The position numbers and the translations under genes were made by a program. A stretch of 63,268 nt of DNA, filler included, from Asterionella formosa (taxonomy: Eukaryota): the NCBI GenBank assembly GCA_002256025.1. It is 21 parts of 21 records of this genome, joined end to end, with 100 filler letters (N's around TTAATTAATTAA, not from the genome) between each part and the next. Parts side by side here need not be neighbours in the genome. Positions count along the whole stretch, not along the records: positions 1 to 1,693 come from NKIB01001473.1; positions 1,794 to 3,486 come from NKIB01001474.1; positions 3,587 to 5,279 come from NKIB01001475.1; positions 5,380 to 7,070 come from NKIB01001476.1; positions 7,171 to 8,861 come from NKIB01001477.1; positions 8,962 to 10,652 come from NKIB01001478.1; positions 10,753 to 12,443 come from NKIB01001479.1; 14 more parts are not named here. One strand, written 5' to 3'. The notes under the pieces are model-generated. The model made no database searches, had not been told where the DNA came from, and saw nothing but the letters and a program-made list of their open reading frames with translations. Positions 1-12,305 of this stretch are shown here, piece after piece (the stretch's first letter is position 1; each line of letters starts with the position of its first letter).

Positions 1-1693
1 AGCGTGGATGATAATGAGGTAGATACTGATGAAGTGGAGATCAGACTAGTCATAATACGGGGCATATGCCAGAAAGTTTGATCTTTGTCAAATTGGTGAG
101 CTTCAACGCTGATGACAGTAGGTTCACACAGCCACGGAGCAGCTTGACTGATATGTGAAACCGAAACTGTGGAACCCCTAGATACTTTTCTGTTGAATGC
201 AAGTGGAATATCCGGATATTGACGGAGGTATTTCGCAATTTGTAGCAACGCATCAAAATGTAATGATCCAGGAGCATTTTGATATTGAGCCAGCCTTTGT
301 ACTGCTGTTTGTATATCAAGCCTGGTCCATGGCATAGGTGTTGAAATTGCCCCAACAACGTCCCATATTCAAAGCCATAAAGTTGAATCGCTTTATGAAG
401 TTCACTTGGAGAATATGGTATACAACTAGCAAGTGCTTCTTCATGTTGTACGCCACTGAGCATAGGAATCATGTTGGTTCTCGAGATAATTTGTTTATCC
501 CAGGACGAACCATAAACATATTGAAGAACATCATGAACCATATGAGTTTGGTCAATTGTCATACAATTGGAACTAAACAGGAATCTTAGACAAAAAAAAT
601 GAGAGACTTGCCCCATATTGTGTATCTTCCAGTGAGATTCAAGAGTAGTAACAATATGGTTGTATGTAGCCAGTGACGAAGTTCCGACCAAAATATCATC
701 AGTGGCTCTGGCTAAGATGACATGACATTGATTTATTGTACCTTGGTAGATGCATTGATCTGCGCGATTTTTGATTAGGCCAAGTTGTCCACAGAGCACT
801 TTATCAACATGTTCTCCCCATTCTCGAGAAGCATCTTTGCGCCCTTGTACATGAGCAAACATTTCCACACCCAAGCTTTTCCAAGATTGTTTGGCCAGTG
901 GGAATGTGTGTTCAATATTTTTATATTGAACTGGGAATCTGGTTTGATACCAGAGCATATATTCAGGAAAAACTTTGAGCCAGATGCGGTTCCCTGCTGC
1001 ATTAGGTGGAGCAGGAGTATTTTGAAAGGCATTGCTAATATCAAGATGATAGAAATTGTAATGCATATACGTGCCAATGGCCAAAAAAACTTTGATCGAC
1101 ATGGCAAGTATGGTGGGAGCAAAAGATTCAGTATAATCCACTCCTTTAATTTGATAGCTGCCATTCACACATAGCCGAACTTTGCGATCATTTATCTGTT
1201 TGGCTGAATTCACCACATGTTTGAGAACCACCAAAACAGCTGGAAGCAGAGTTGCATCATGGGGTGGAAGGCCTGGAGCACCAAAGGTCCCAATGCTATG
1301 ACAGTTATCTAGATGATGAAAGAGCGCCGCAGTCCATTCTCCTCGAAATGGTCCTTTCATTGCTTCATGAAATGATCGTGGACAGAGTGTATTGGGATGA
1401 GAAGTGATGGAAGAGACAGTAAGTCCTGACCGAAGCACACTGATGTCCCCTGCACCAAAGGAAAATGTATCTTTCCAGTCATGGTTCGTTCGTGGTTTCT
1501 TCACCGACAGTAGAGTGAGGTTGGTGAGCATACCAGGAACGAATCGTGGATCATGAGGATCACTTAAAGAAAGACGCCCATGTGTAGCAAGGACATATCC
1601 ATCAAGTATCTCCTCAGCATCATTGATAGTGCGTACGTCATTTCCGTAAATCTGTAACAGCACTCTACCCTTTAATATTTGTATAGGGCCTTT
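1..1693 (-). mobile_element. Ty1/copia (CoDi-like) pol fragment, reverse transcriptase region, frameshifted
   Basis: ORF 50-1663 has PRSFHEAM, KVRLCVNGSYQIKGVDYTESFAP, LDISNAF and ATDDIL. Near 325 the RT-like sequence continues in another frame (WTRLDIQTAVQRLAQYQNAPG). Confidence 0.9.
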
Positions 1694-1793
1694 NNNNNNN
1701 NNNNNNNNNNNNNNNNNNNNNNNNNNNNNNNNNNNNNTTAATTAATTAANNNNNNNNNNNNNNNNNNNNNNNNNNNNNNNNNNNNNNNNNNNN
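1694..1793. other. Artificial contig linker (N-run + TTAATTAATTAA + N-run, 100 nt); first of 20
   Basis: Identical spacers start at 1694, 3487, 5280, 7071, 8862, 10653, 12444, 14234, 16024, 43599, 45389, 47179, 48968, 50757, 52545, 54333, 56121, 57909, 59696 and 61482. The 12-mer gives stops in all six frames. Confidence 0.98.
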
Positions 1794-3486
1794 GCACGTA
1801 GCCTTTCACTACAATACGTCCTTTGTATCGAATACTCTTATCCTGCTCGGATTTCTTCTTGAATACCCAGCGTGTGCCTAAGGGTTTTCTGCCCTTGAGA
1901 TTGTCACGAGGAACCATTTTCCAAACATTTCGCTTGTAGAAAATGTTGATTTCATTTTTTATAGCAACGGTCCACTGCTTGCTCTCGTCTCCTTTCATAG
2001 CCTCCTTGTAATGCTTTGGCTCCCCAGGATCGGAAGCAAGAGTTGTAGAATATGAATAGAACCTCTCTACTCCTTCTTCACTTTGAAATAGTTCATCATC
2101 ATCTTGATAGGCCGCTTCAGAATAATCTATTTCTTCAATTGATCCTTTGTTCTTGTCATCTAGTTGTAAGTTGCGCCGAGCACTGCGTTTGCCAGTAACT
2201 TCTTTCCAACCGTCAAGGCGTTTCAATTCTCGTTCCAATTTTGCTTTCTTCGAAGCATCTTTGTTGATCTCATCACCTAACTTCCCCACTGCTTCGGATA
2301 GTTGAAATCTTGTTTGTTTCACAACTGAAGCAGGTGTTTCGAAATCAATATCCTGTTGGATCGGTGGCACAACAGGAAGAACATCTTTGTCCTGCTTTTC
2401 ATCATCAATGGGAATAACAACCACTTCTGTGTCCCCTTCCACATTGAAATCCCTCAAACCTGCAATTGGACTTGTTTGGTCATGCCAATCAGCCCAGAGA
2501 ATGTTTCATCTATTTAAAATCTTTCTTGTCTGAGGGTTAAACATTCGGTAACAAGTGTCTCCAGCATGATCATGAGAATAACCAACCATCACACATTTAA
2601 TGGCCTTTTCTTCGAGTTTATTTGTTTTCTTAGCACCAATTTTCACCCATCCGATCCTGCCAAAATGCATTAGATGATCGTAAATCATTGGAACCTTTTT
2701 GTAAAACTTCTCATCTGCACTTTTTACATCATTAGATGTGGCCACAATGTTCGTGATTCGTGTGTTGGTGTTGATGGCCTCTGCCCAAAGTAAACCTTGA
2801 AATTCATCATTAAATTTTGCAGCAAACATTGCTGCACATGCTCGTTGACGAATGGTTACAAACTTTCGCTCCACAATTCCATTCTGTTGTGGTGTGTAGG
2901 GTGCCGTAAATTCGATTTGAATATTGAATTTGTCGCATAGTTTTGTCAAACCTGAGACGTTTTCACCCGCATTGTCACAACGGAGAAACTTGGTAACATA
3001 ATCAGCCGTTTTGAGTTTAGTCAACAAATCTTCAATCTTTGAAGCAAGCTGTGACTTCTTCTTAACAAAGAAACTCCAAGATTTTCCGGTGTAATCATCA
3101 ACAACAAGGATCCAATAGTCATTTCCTAAAATCGACTTTTTATATGGACCGCTGATATCTGTGCACAAACGTTCGCCTGGTTGAGTAGCCTTGCTCATAG
3201 TTATTTTAGGAACACTTTTTGCTTTAGCCTTAGCTAGCGCACATCCTTCACATGTATACATCACACCTGTCATTTTGATACCAAGCGATTTCATAGTAGC
3301 CCGCAATGCTGCTTCCCCAATATGTCCGTATTTAGCATGAGCTTCATTAATGTCCATACTGGTCAATTTAGTTGTGATGACCTCTGCAGATAAGATATCA
3401 CTCCCACCTGGGTAAATTCCACGAGTTCCTTGGAAATAGTACAAAACATCTGAATGATCACGTTTGAAATCTAGCGTCTCAGTTTT
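1794..3486 (-). mobile_element. Ty1/copia pol fragment (GAG-pre-integrase, integrase, RT start) with an in-frame stop
   Basis: HxxxGH...CEGC zinc motif, TDISGP, VVDD, RCDNAGE, TPQQNGIVER, then EPKHYKEAM and RWVFKKK. ORFs 2506-3444 and 1738-2457 share a frame and are split by TGA at 2506-2508. Near-identical to 45489-47178. Confidence 0.95.
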
Positions 3487-3586
3487 NNNNNNNNNNNNNN
3501 NNNNNNNNNNNNNNNNNNNNNNNNNNNNNNTTAATTAATTAANNNNNNNNNNNNNNNNNNNNNNNNNNNNNNNNNNNNNNNNNNNN

Positions 3587-5279
3587 AAGAATACACAGGT
3601 GAATTTTGTGTACAACGCAAGTCTGGCTTCTGATCCAGGATTACCAACAAGCTACGATGAAGCAATGGCAAGACCAGACAAGAAAGAGTGGATCAAGGCG
3701 ATCAACAAAGAATATGAAAACTTCCAGTCGAGAGGAGTGTGGAAAGTTGTCAAACGTGATGCTGTTAAGAAGCGAACACAAAAAACGAGATGGGTGTTTC
3801 GAATTAAAGAAGATGTGTTAACCGGGAAGACCATTTACAAGGCAAGATTGGTCGTGAAGGGATATGAGCAAATCCCAGGTGTCGATTTTACTGAGACATT
3901 TGCTCCAGTTGCAAGCGATGCGACAATCAAAACGGTACTCGCAGTGACGATGTACAACGGTTGGCGAGCGGAGGCTATTGATGTGGAAGCAGCATTTCTA
4001 AATGCTGACGTCGATGAGGACATTTATATTGAGCCCCCTCCTCAAGGTTTGATCGGAGTCGATTCCGATACACATGTTTGCAAGCTTGTGAAGCTATGTA
4101 CGGGATAGTACAAGCTCCACGATGCTGGTCCAGGACGTTTGCGAAATGTGTCACCAATAAACCAGGTATGACAAAGAGCAAGATCGACCCTATGTTATTT
4201 ATGCACCGGAACAAGGATGGACAAATTGATGGTCTACTTGTTAATTACGTGGATGACGGTATTGTATGTGGGACTCCAAGTGCAGTGGAGTATATGAAAA
4301 ATGTTATCAAGGAAGATTTCAATATTACCGAGCAGGGTATTCTACAGAAACACCTAGGAGTGGAATATGCTTGGAAAGAGGACAAGTATGGTGAATACTG
4401 GGAGGTGCAAATGCAGAAATTTCGTATGCAACTTCTACGCGAATACGAGAAGTTGACCGGTATGATAATTAAGTCGTACGCAACGCCGGGTGTACCAGGA
4501 AAGACATTGAACAAGAATGACGGTGAAGTCATTATGGAAGGAGAATATCGAAAAATTGTGGGCAAGTTACTATGGTCTACAAAGAAGGATTCGCCGGACT
4601 GTGCGAATGCGGTTCGGGAACTATCGGTTCATTTAAGCTGCCCAGGTGAAGAACAATGGCATGCAGTGGCAAGAGTCATTGGTTACCTATCCAATATGGA
4701 GGATAGAGTTCTCAAGTTGCGTAAGCCAAAAGAGTTAAGAGTCATTGCCTACGTGGACAGTGACTGGGCTGCTAATAAGGTTAACAGGAAGAGCACGACT
4801 GGCTATCTTGTTACTATTGGCGGGGCACTTATCAGTTGGCAGTCGAAGGGACAACAAACGGTTACGCTGTCCAGTACGGAAGCCGAGTATGTGGCGATGT
4901 CCCAGTGTGGACAAGAGATCAAGTTTATAGCAATGCTACTGAATGAGGTTACTGGTGGTAAGGTCATGTTACCAAGTATCCTACGAGAAGACAATACAGG
5001 AGCTATTTTTATCGCGAAGAATCAGCAAATCGGAACCAGGACAAAACATATTGATATTAAGTATCATCATGTAAAGGACATGATTGAGGATGAAGAATTG
5101 GAAGTCATTTTTATAAGGTCGGAAGATAATTTTGCGGACATTATGACCAAGAACGTGAAGGAACAGATTCATAAGAGATTGTCCGAACCAGTTCAGAGTG
5201 GAACGATGTTACAGCCTCTTGAGCGTGGCAATGGGGAGGATGTCAAGAATATTAGCCCGAGTCACAAGGATTGTGGACT
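3587..5279 (+). mobile_element. Ty1/copia RT-RNase H, polypurine tract and start of the 3' LTR
   Basis: KARLVVKGYEQIPGVDF, IDVEAAFL, YVDD, YVDSDWA, SSTEAEY, RTKHIDIKYH, ADIMTK. Frameshift near 4090 (KLVK/AMYG). PPT GGGGAGGA at 5233-5240 is followed by TGTC at 5241. Confidence 0.95.
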
Positions 5280-6184
5280 NNNNNNNNNNNNNNNNNNNNN
5301 NNNNNNNNNNNNNNNNNNNNNNNTTAATTAATTAANNNNNNNNNNNNNNNNNNNNNNNNNNNNNNNNNNNNNNNNNNNNGCGATTCTTCTATTGGCATAA
5401 TAAGGGTTTTTGGGCGATGTGTTCATTCCACAGTCAGGTATATCTGAATGATGAGGGTCTTCTCGTCTTGCTGCTGTTTGGTGCATGTTAGACAGGCTAG
5501 CGCGCTTTTGCAGACAATGCCCAATGATTATGAGACATATAATTGAAACTAGACTAATCTGTTATTGATTTGCGTCTTACTTTGGTTATTGTCAAACTGC
5601 ATTTATTCGTTTGAATATTTGCTGGTTTCCCTCAGTGGGTCGAGCCAAGATGGATCTGATGTTACTTTCCTGTCTCAATAGCCGGAATCGCTCATCCGTC
5701 ACTGCAAAAAGTTGTCTCGTGCTTCAGTGTCAGTGTCAATAGCTACCGGGTAGTGCATCATCCCGTATCATTCGAAGAAACAGGACTTTATCTTTATGGA
5801 ACACAAAAAGATGGAAAGCAACAGCGAGTCGGTTTTCCGTACATTTGGCTACATTAATTACTCGACATTTGATTCTTTCTGTGTACATAGTAGGTTGCCT
5901 TGTGCCAACATTCGGCTGTACATGTATATTATTATTCATAGTATATATATATTTTTATAAATGAATACACTGAGTTATTTATTCCAAGTCTGGACTACTA
6001 GAGTCCAAAGTCTGATGCCACCAAGTCAGACTTGATGACAAATAACCACAGTTTTGCATTATTTTAGTGAGGCAGTATTTATAACCTGGCTATTATATAC
6101 CAAGTCAGAAACACTGGACACTTTTATACAGGGATGGGGAGCAAGTTGCTAAAAAAATTATAAACAACTTCAATTACATTCAAG

Positions 6185-7060
6185 ATGAGATTGACAATGG
6201 TTTCACTATCATCTGGAGGGAAAACAGTAACAGAGGAATTGGAAAGATGTGTCAAATGGTTGAAAGAAAATGATCCAGGTTTGACTGAACTTCTTAGTCT
6301 CAGTTATAATTCAATTGGTGATGATGGCGCCAAGGAAATTGCATTGCTGGCCCTCTTGGTCAATGCTGTCTTGACCACACTTTTTTATCTTGGAGGTAAA
6401 TCTATTGTTGTTGATCATGCCAAGGCCATTGCAGAGGCCCTCCTCACGGTCAATACCATCTTGACTGCACTTGATCTCAGTATGCTACTATATCTCAATG
6501 GTAATTCAATTGGTAAGGAGGGTACCAAGGCCATCATAGCTGAGGCACTCAAGGACCATAAAGTCTGGATTTCACTTTTTGTCAAGTGAAATCCAATTCA
6601 TGATGATAATTTATTAACAAAATTTGAGGGACTTGTTAATCTAAACAAGAACTGTATTCACTAGGTCAATACTGACTTGACTATAGAAGAAATTACAACA
6701 ATTATGCCTTCTATGATGATGATGATGATGATGATTTCTTTAGGCAATGCTACTGGGCAAGAAGAAGGTCTCATGAAGCTTCAGAACTTCGTTGTGATTA
6801 ATGACAATAATAAGTTGATGATTGTTAAAGAAGGAGGTATCACTACAGTTTTGTCTGCTATGGAAGAACATCCAAAGATTGCTACTGTGCAAGAATATGG
6901 TTGTTCAATACTTGGGAACTTGGCTGTGAATTACAACAACAAAGCGAAAATTGCTGCAAATCAAGGTATCACTATAATTCTGTCTGCTATGAAGAATCTG
7001 ATATTGAATGATACTGTGCAGTACTCTATGCTTGCACAGCACATCGGAAATTGGTTGTGA
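6185..7060 (+). pseudogene. RNI-like LRR plus armadillo-repeat protein, degenerate
   Basis: LKENDPGLTEL, NSIGDDGAKEIA and NSIGKEGTKA LRRs, then ARM repeats (GGITTVLSAMEEH, VQEYGCSILGNLA). Both ORFs are in one frame, interrupted by TGA (6587) and TAG (6662). Confidence 0.8.
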
Positions 7061-7170
7061 ATACTGCCCANNNNNNNNNNNNNNNNNNNNNNNNNNNNNN
7101 NNNNNNNNNNNNNNTTAATTAATTAANNNNNNNNNNNNNNNNNNNNNNNNNNNNNNNNNNNNNNNNNNNN

Positions 7171-8861
7171 CGACAATGAAGACAGAATGCAAGTTTGTAT
7201 GGAAGATGACAGTGTGAATGCTATTGTTAAAGCAATGTCAGAACTTGTACTGGAAAGTACAAAGTCGTCAATCTGAGTACAAAGTCGTCAATCTGTTCTT
7301 ACCCTGTGCAATTTATGAAGTCCCCTCGTCTGAGTGAGAATCCAGCCGACATTTCGCCAGCGAAAGTATTCAAGCTTCAATGGCTGCCGACTGTCTCACT
7401 GCATCCCTACTATGCACCTGGAGACGGAATGGTACCTTAAGTGAAAGCAAGAAAGGTTGCTCAATACATTTCCGACAATGAAGACAGAAGGCAAGTGTGT
7501 ATGAAAGATATCAGTGTGAATGTTTTTGTAAATGTATTGTCTGCACCAATTGAACTGAACAAAACTACTGAATGAAGAACAAAAACTACCAAAATTACCA
7601 AAACAACAAAAACAACAACATGAAATTCTATCAAGTTCGGTTTGCTCGCTGTGAAATGTTTCCTTAGAAGACACACTCGATCGTTCAAGTAACAACTGGT
7701 TTGGGACCCAGTAACCCCTACGGAGGTACGCCCTCGAGTTCAATTGTCTTCTTCTGGTCTCATCTCACAACAGGTAGACCGTTCTAACAAACCAAATGAG
7801 GCGGCGAATTACAACAATTTATTATTATAGAGCTAAAGTCTTATGAAGCTTTTCTTTTCGTGGATGACTATTTTGTATTATAGCAGGAGGCATAACCTTT
7901 TTTTCGGTTATGATATGACAATAACTTTGTCTTATAGAAGCTATAGAACGATTGGAGTTATTTCATTTCATTTCATTTTATCGGTATCGGTATCGGTAGT
8001 CTTGAACGAGAGCATCATCATTGGGTTTTAGGGTTTTAGACAACGAATAAAGTGAACAACACTTGTTGCGATTCAAGACCTTAGCGACCGTAACTGATTT
8101 AAAAACTGGGCACCAACAGGCTTAGTGGCAGGCAACAGGCAACAGTTTCTCACCCGCCGTACCGTGATCTCCCAGGGAACCAACGTATAAATTAAATGTT
8201 TTCAATAAGAGGGAAAAATCCCCGAAGGCTCTTTTCCAACCAGACATGAGTTTGTTTATGTCAACGTAATCTCCAGAGTTCAATGAATCGAGCATGCTTG
8301 CCACACCGGACCAGGCGTACAAGTATCGAATAGGCTTTTGATCGGGTAGAAAAGAAAAGAAATCAGATGAAATCAGATGAGATCAGATGAGATGAAATGA
8401 GATCAAATCAGATGAAATGAGATCAAATCAGATCAGATCTGATCTCACGAAATAATCATCTCGTAATTAAAATCAAAAATCATCCAATGTTCCAACTTTG
8501 AATTACATATTTGTTGAACAGTTGTTGATAGGAGGCACAGTCCTTGGACACTTCGCTACCCGATGATGGAAATATAATGGAACCATTTTGATGCAGACAA
8601 TGGACAGTGGATTGTGTGGACACAAAATATCGAGAACTCTCATGGAAGCTTTTTTGCAGAGCTGATGTGACCGCGGGTGACCGCACGCTCGCGTATTCGA
8701 CTTTGGTATACTACCAGGTACCGGTAGCATCAGAGCAGCTTCTGTCAAGTCGACAGGACAAGGAGGAGGAGTTAGCGCAGCAATTTGAGTGAATCGAAGA
8801 ATTCATGGAAGGATTCAGACTTGTCATTGTATCGTGCATCGAGCATCGAGCATCGAGCATC
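7171..8861. repeat. Contig duplicated almost exactly at 8962-10652
   Basis: Same length (1691 bp), same ends, identical ORF translations. The only differences I found are 9 substitutions in 7298-7353. Confidence 0.95.
8350..8445. repeat. Pentamer-type microsatellite (AGATG/AAATC/AGATC); also at 10141-10236
   Basis: Read directly. Both twin contigs also end in a (GCATCGA)n heptamer repeat. Confidence 0.9.
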
Positions 8862-8961
8862 NNNNNNNNNNNNNNNNNNNNNNNNNNNNNNNNNNNNNNN
8901 NNNNNTTAATTAATTAANNNNNNNNNNNNNNNNNNNNNNNNNNNNNNNNNNNNNNNNNNNN

Positions 8962-10652
8962 CGACAATGAAGACAGAATGCAAGTTTGTATGGAAGATGA
9001 CAGTGTGAATGCTATTGTTAAAGCAATGTCAGAACTTGTACTGGAAAGTACAAAGTCGTCAATCTGAGTACAAAGTCGTCAATCTGTTTTTACCCTGTGC
9101 AAATTATGAAGTCCTTCCGTCTGAGTGAGAATCCAGCCGAAGGGTCGCCAGCGAAAGTATTCAAGCTTCAATGGCTGCCGACTGTCTCACTGCATCCCTA
9201 CTATGCACCTGGAGACGGAATGGTACCTTAAGTGAAAGCAAGAAAGGTTGCTCAATACATTTCCGACAATGAAGACAGAAGGCAAGTGTGTATGAAAGAT
9301 ATCAGTGTGAATGTTTTTGTAAATGTATTGTCTGCACCAATTGAACTGAACAAAACTACTGAATGAAGAACAAAAACTACCAAAATTACCAAAACAACAA
9401 AAACAACAACATGAAATTCTATCAAGTTCGGTTTGCTCGCTGTGAAATGTTTCCTTAGAAGACACACTCGATCGTTCAAGTAACAACTGGTTTGGGACCC
9501 AGTAACCCCTACGGAGGTACGCCCTCGAGTTCAATTGTCTTCTTCTGGTCTCATCTCACAACAGGTAGACCGTTCTAACAAACCAAATGAGGCGGCGAAT
9601 TACAACAATTTATTATTATAGAGCTAAAGTCTTATGAAGCTTTTCTTTTCGTGGATGACTATTTTGTATTATAGCAGGAGGCATAACCTTTTTTTCGGTT
9701 ATGATATGACAATAACTTTGTCTTATAGAAGCTATAGAACGATTGGAGTTATTTCATTTCATTTCATTTTATCGGTATCGGTATCGGTAGTCTTGAACGA
9801 GAGCATCATCATTGGGTTTTAGGGTTTTAGACAACGAATAAAGTGAACAACACTTGTTGCGATTCAAGACCTTAGCGACCGTAACTGATTTAAAAACTGG
9901 GCACCAACAGGCTTAGTGGCAGGCAACAGGCAACAGTTTCTCACCCGCCGTACCGTGATCTCCCAGGGAACCAACGTATAAATTAAATGTTTTCAATAAG
10001 AGGGAAAAATCCCCGAAGGCTCTTTTCCAACCAGACATGAGTTTGTTTATGTCAACGTAATCTCCAGAGTTCAATGAATCGAGCATGCTTGCCACACCGG
10101 ACCAGGCGTACAAGTATCGAATAGGCTTTTGATCGGGTAGAAAAGAAAAGAAATCAGATGAAATCAGATGAGATCAGATGAGATGAAATGAGATCAAATC
10201 AGATGAAATGAGATCAAATCAGATCAGATCTGATCTCACGAAATAATCATCTCGTAATTAAAATCAAAAATCATCCAATGTTCCAACTTTGAATTACATA
10301 TTTGTTGAACAGTTGTTGATAGGAGGCACAGTCCTTGGACACTTCGCTACCCGATGATGGAAATATAATGGAACCATTTTGATGCAGACAATGGACAGTG
10401 GATTGTGTGGACACAAAATATCGAGAACTCTCATGGAAGCTTTTTTGCAGAGCTGATGTGACCGCGGGTGACCGCACGCTCGCGTATTCGACTTTGGTAT
10501 ACTACCAGGTACCGGTAGCATCAGAGCAGCTTCTGTCAAGTCGACAGGACAAGGAGGAGGAGTTAGCGCAGCAATTTGAGTGAATCGAAGAATTCATGGA
10601 AGGATTCAGACTTGTCATTGTATCGTGCATCGAGCATCGAGCATCGAGCATC
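8962..10652. repeat. Second copy or haplotype of 7171-8861
   Basis: Offset +1791 from the first copy, with differences at 9089, 9103, 9115-9117 and 9141-9144. Confidence 0.95.
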
Positions 10653-10779
10653 NNNNNNNNNNNNNNNNNNNNNNNNNNNNNNNNNNNNNNNNNNNNTTAA
10701 TTAATTAANNNNNNNNNNNNNNNNNNNNNNNNNNNNNNNNNNNNNNNNNNNNTTCAACAAATACTACTACTTCTAGTTA

Positions 10780-11440
10780 GATACTTCACTTTGAATTCAA
10801 AAAGAGTCCAATTAGAATTAATATTGTTGATGTCCTCTCAAGTTCCAGTGGTCCCATTGATGAAGGATAACAACATACTAAACATCAAGATTCAAACTTC
10901 TTTGTGTATCCTTACAAGCCAGGTCGACATTTGGAGTCTTACAGCAAAGATATGATCAATTGACGCTCAGGGGAAGCTTGTTTATTGATTTCAGTAAATC
11001 CTGTGATATGGCTAACACATATATCTTCAGTCCAGCAGATTCCTTGCTTGTTCACCTACTGCTACAAAAGATGACTCATAGATATCGTCCTGTCTGACTG
11101 GATGAGCGTTGCAATACACTCAGATGCTCAGTCCCACCATAACAGTCTCAACAAGAAAGTCATAGTGATGTGACTGGAAGATTACCTTCTTCATGATATC
11201 TCTGAGAGTCAATAACAGTGGCTGGATGCCATGATATTACTCAATAAAACATTTCAACATGTTTATAATCAACTTCGTTGCCTGTCTCAAGACCTTAAAG
11301 AAGCTCCTAAAACTCATGATAACTCATCCAGAAGATCAAGAGGTTTCCGCCAAGGAAGATTTGAGGTTGATTGTCATTTTGCTTGATTGACAATTCGTGG
11401 CAACAAGTGTTTGAATGGAACAATGAAAAGAACACAAAAT
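10780..11440 (+). pseudogene. Highly degenerate coding remnant, possibly kinase-like
   Basis: Broken frames give FVYPYKPGRH and LFIDFSKS, with many stops and frameshifts. Confidence 0.3.
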
Positions 11441-12139
11441 AATTGATTCGCTTGGTTTTGGCTTACTTCGAGAGTCAACAATCATTCAATGATCAACTCA
11501 AGCACATCCTCAAGCATGAGTTCTACCATAAGCCGAAATCGACTTCGCATCGCTGAAGGCAGTCGTGTTATGTCGAGAGAACACGCGTGCCTGGTGTCAA
11601 TTTTCTAACACAAAATCGTAAATAAATAGTTGAAGTTGAAGACACTTCCATGACGTATCAAGAAAATAAGCGTGACTGGTGTCAATTTTAACAAAAGATC
11701 GTCTTCGCATTGCTAAATGCAGTCCTGTGATGTATCAAGAATACAAACACCATTTCAAGCGTAAATTTGTACATGATAATTTTATACTCAGGGGTGATGG
11801 CAGGGCACATGCATTTTAGTGCAGCCGGCCACGCATGGGATATGAAACAACGGTCAAACATAAGGTTCATGGAGTTCTTATCATTACTAACACTACTAAC
11901 TCTGTTCCTGTTCCTATGGCATGGAACTTCGACACGGAGCGAATTATCATACTAACACAGCTAACGCTATTCATGTTATTTCTTCCGTGCATGTTTTATA
12001 CAAGCAAATCCATGGGTTAACCCTATGATGATGTCTGGTTAGGGTACTGTGCCGAGGGCCATACCTGCCGACTTTTATGAATCTGCCCAGGAAATTTTAA
12101 TGGTCATGAACCCTCCTGTTGGTCAGTTAGTGGCCGATG

Positions 12140-12305
12140 TGCCTAATAAAAAACCAGCAGAATGCTGAACATATCGCCTTAACAGAATTATGTGCGACAA
12201 TAGCAACAATGCTATGATTTTATGCCTAATAAAAAACCAGCAGAATGCTGAACATATCGCCTTAACAGAATTATGTGCGACAATAGCAACAATGCTATGA
12301 TTTTA
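12140..12305. repeat. Perfect 83-bp tandem duplication
   Basis: TGCCTAATAAAAAACCAGCAG...GCTATGATTTTA starts at 12140 and again at 12223. Confidence 0.95.

Noticed and set aside
1738..1749. TTAATTAATTAA recurring about every 1.79 kb
   Set aside because: Artificial linker inside N-runs. The periodicity reflects contigs of similar length, and ORFs ending in X...LIN are artefacts.
2506..2508. Programmed readthrough or selenocysteine at the in-frame TGA in copia pol
   Set aside because: The sister copy has CGA here, so this is an ordinary nonsense mutation.
6713..6734. Poly-Met tract
   Set aside because: An (ATG)n microsatellite within a pseudogene.
7329..7366. Hammerhead-like CTGA..GA...GAAA
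   Set aside because: The core does not match CUGANGA and stems I-III cannot be built in both copies.
8023..8039. Telomere-like GGGTTTTAGGGTTTTAG
   Set aside because: Only two units and internal to the contig.
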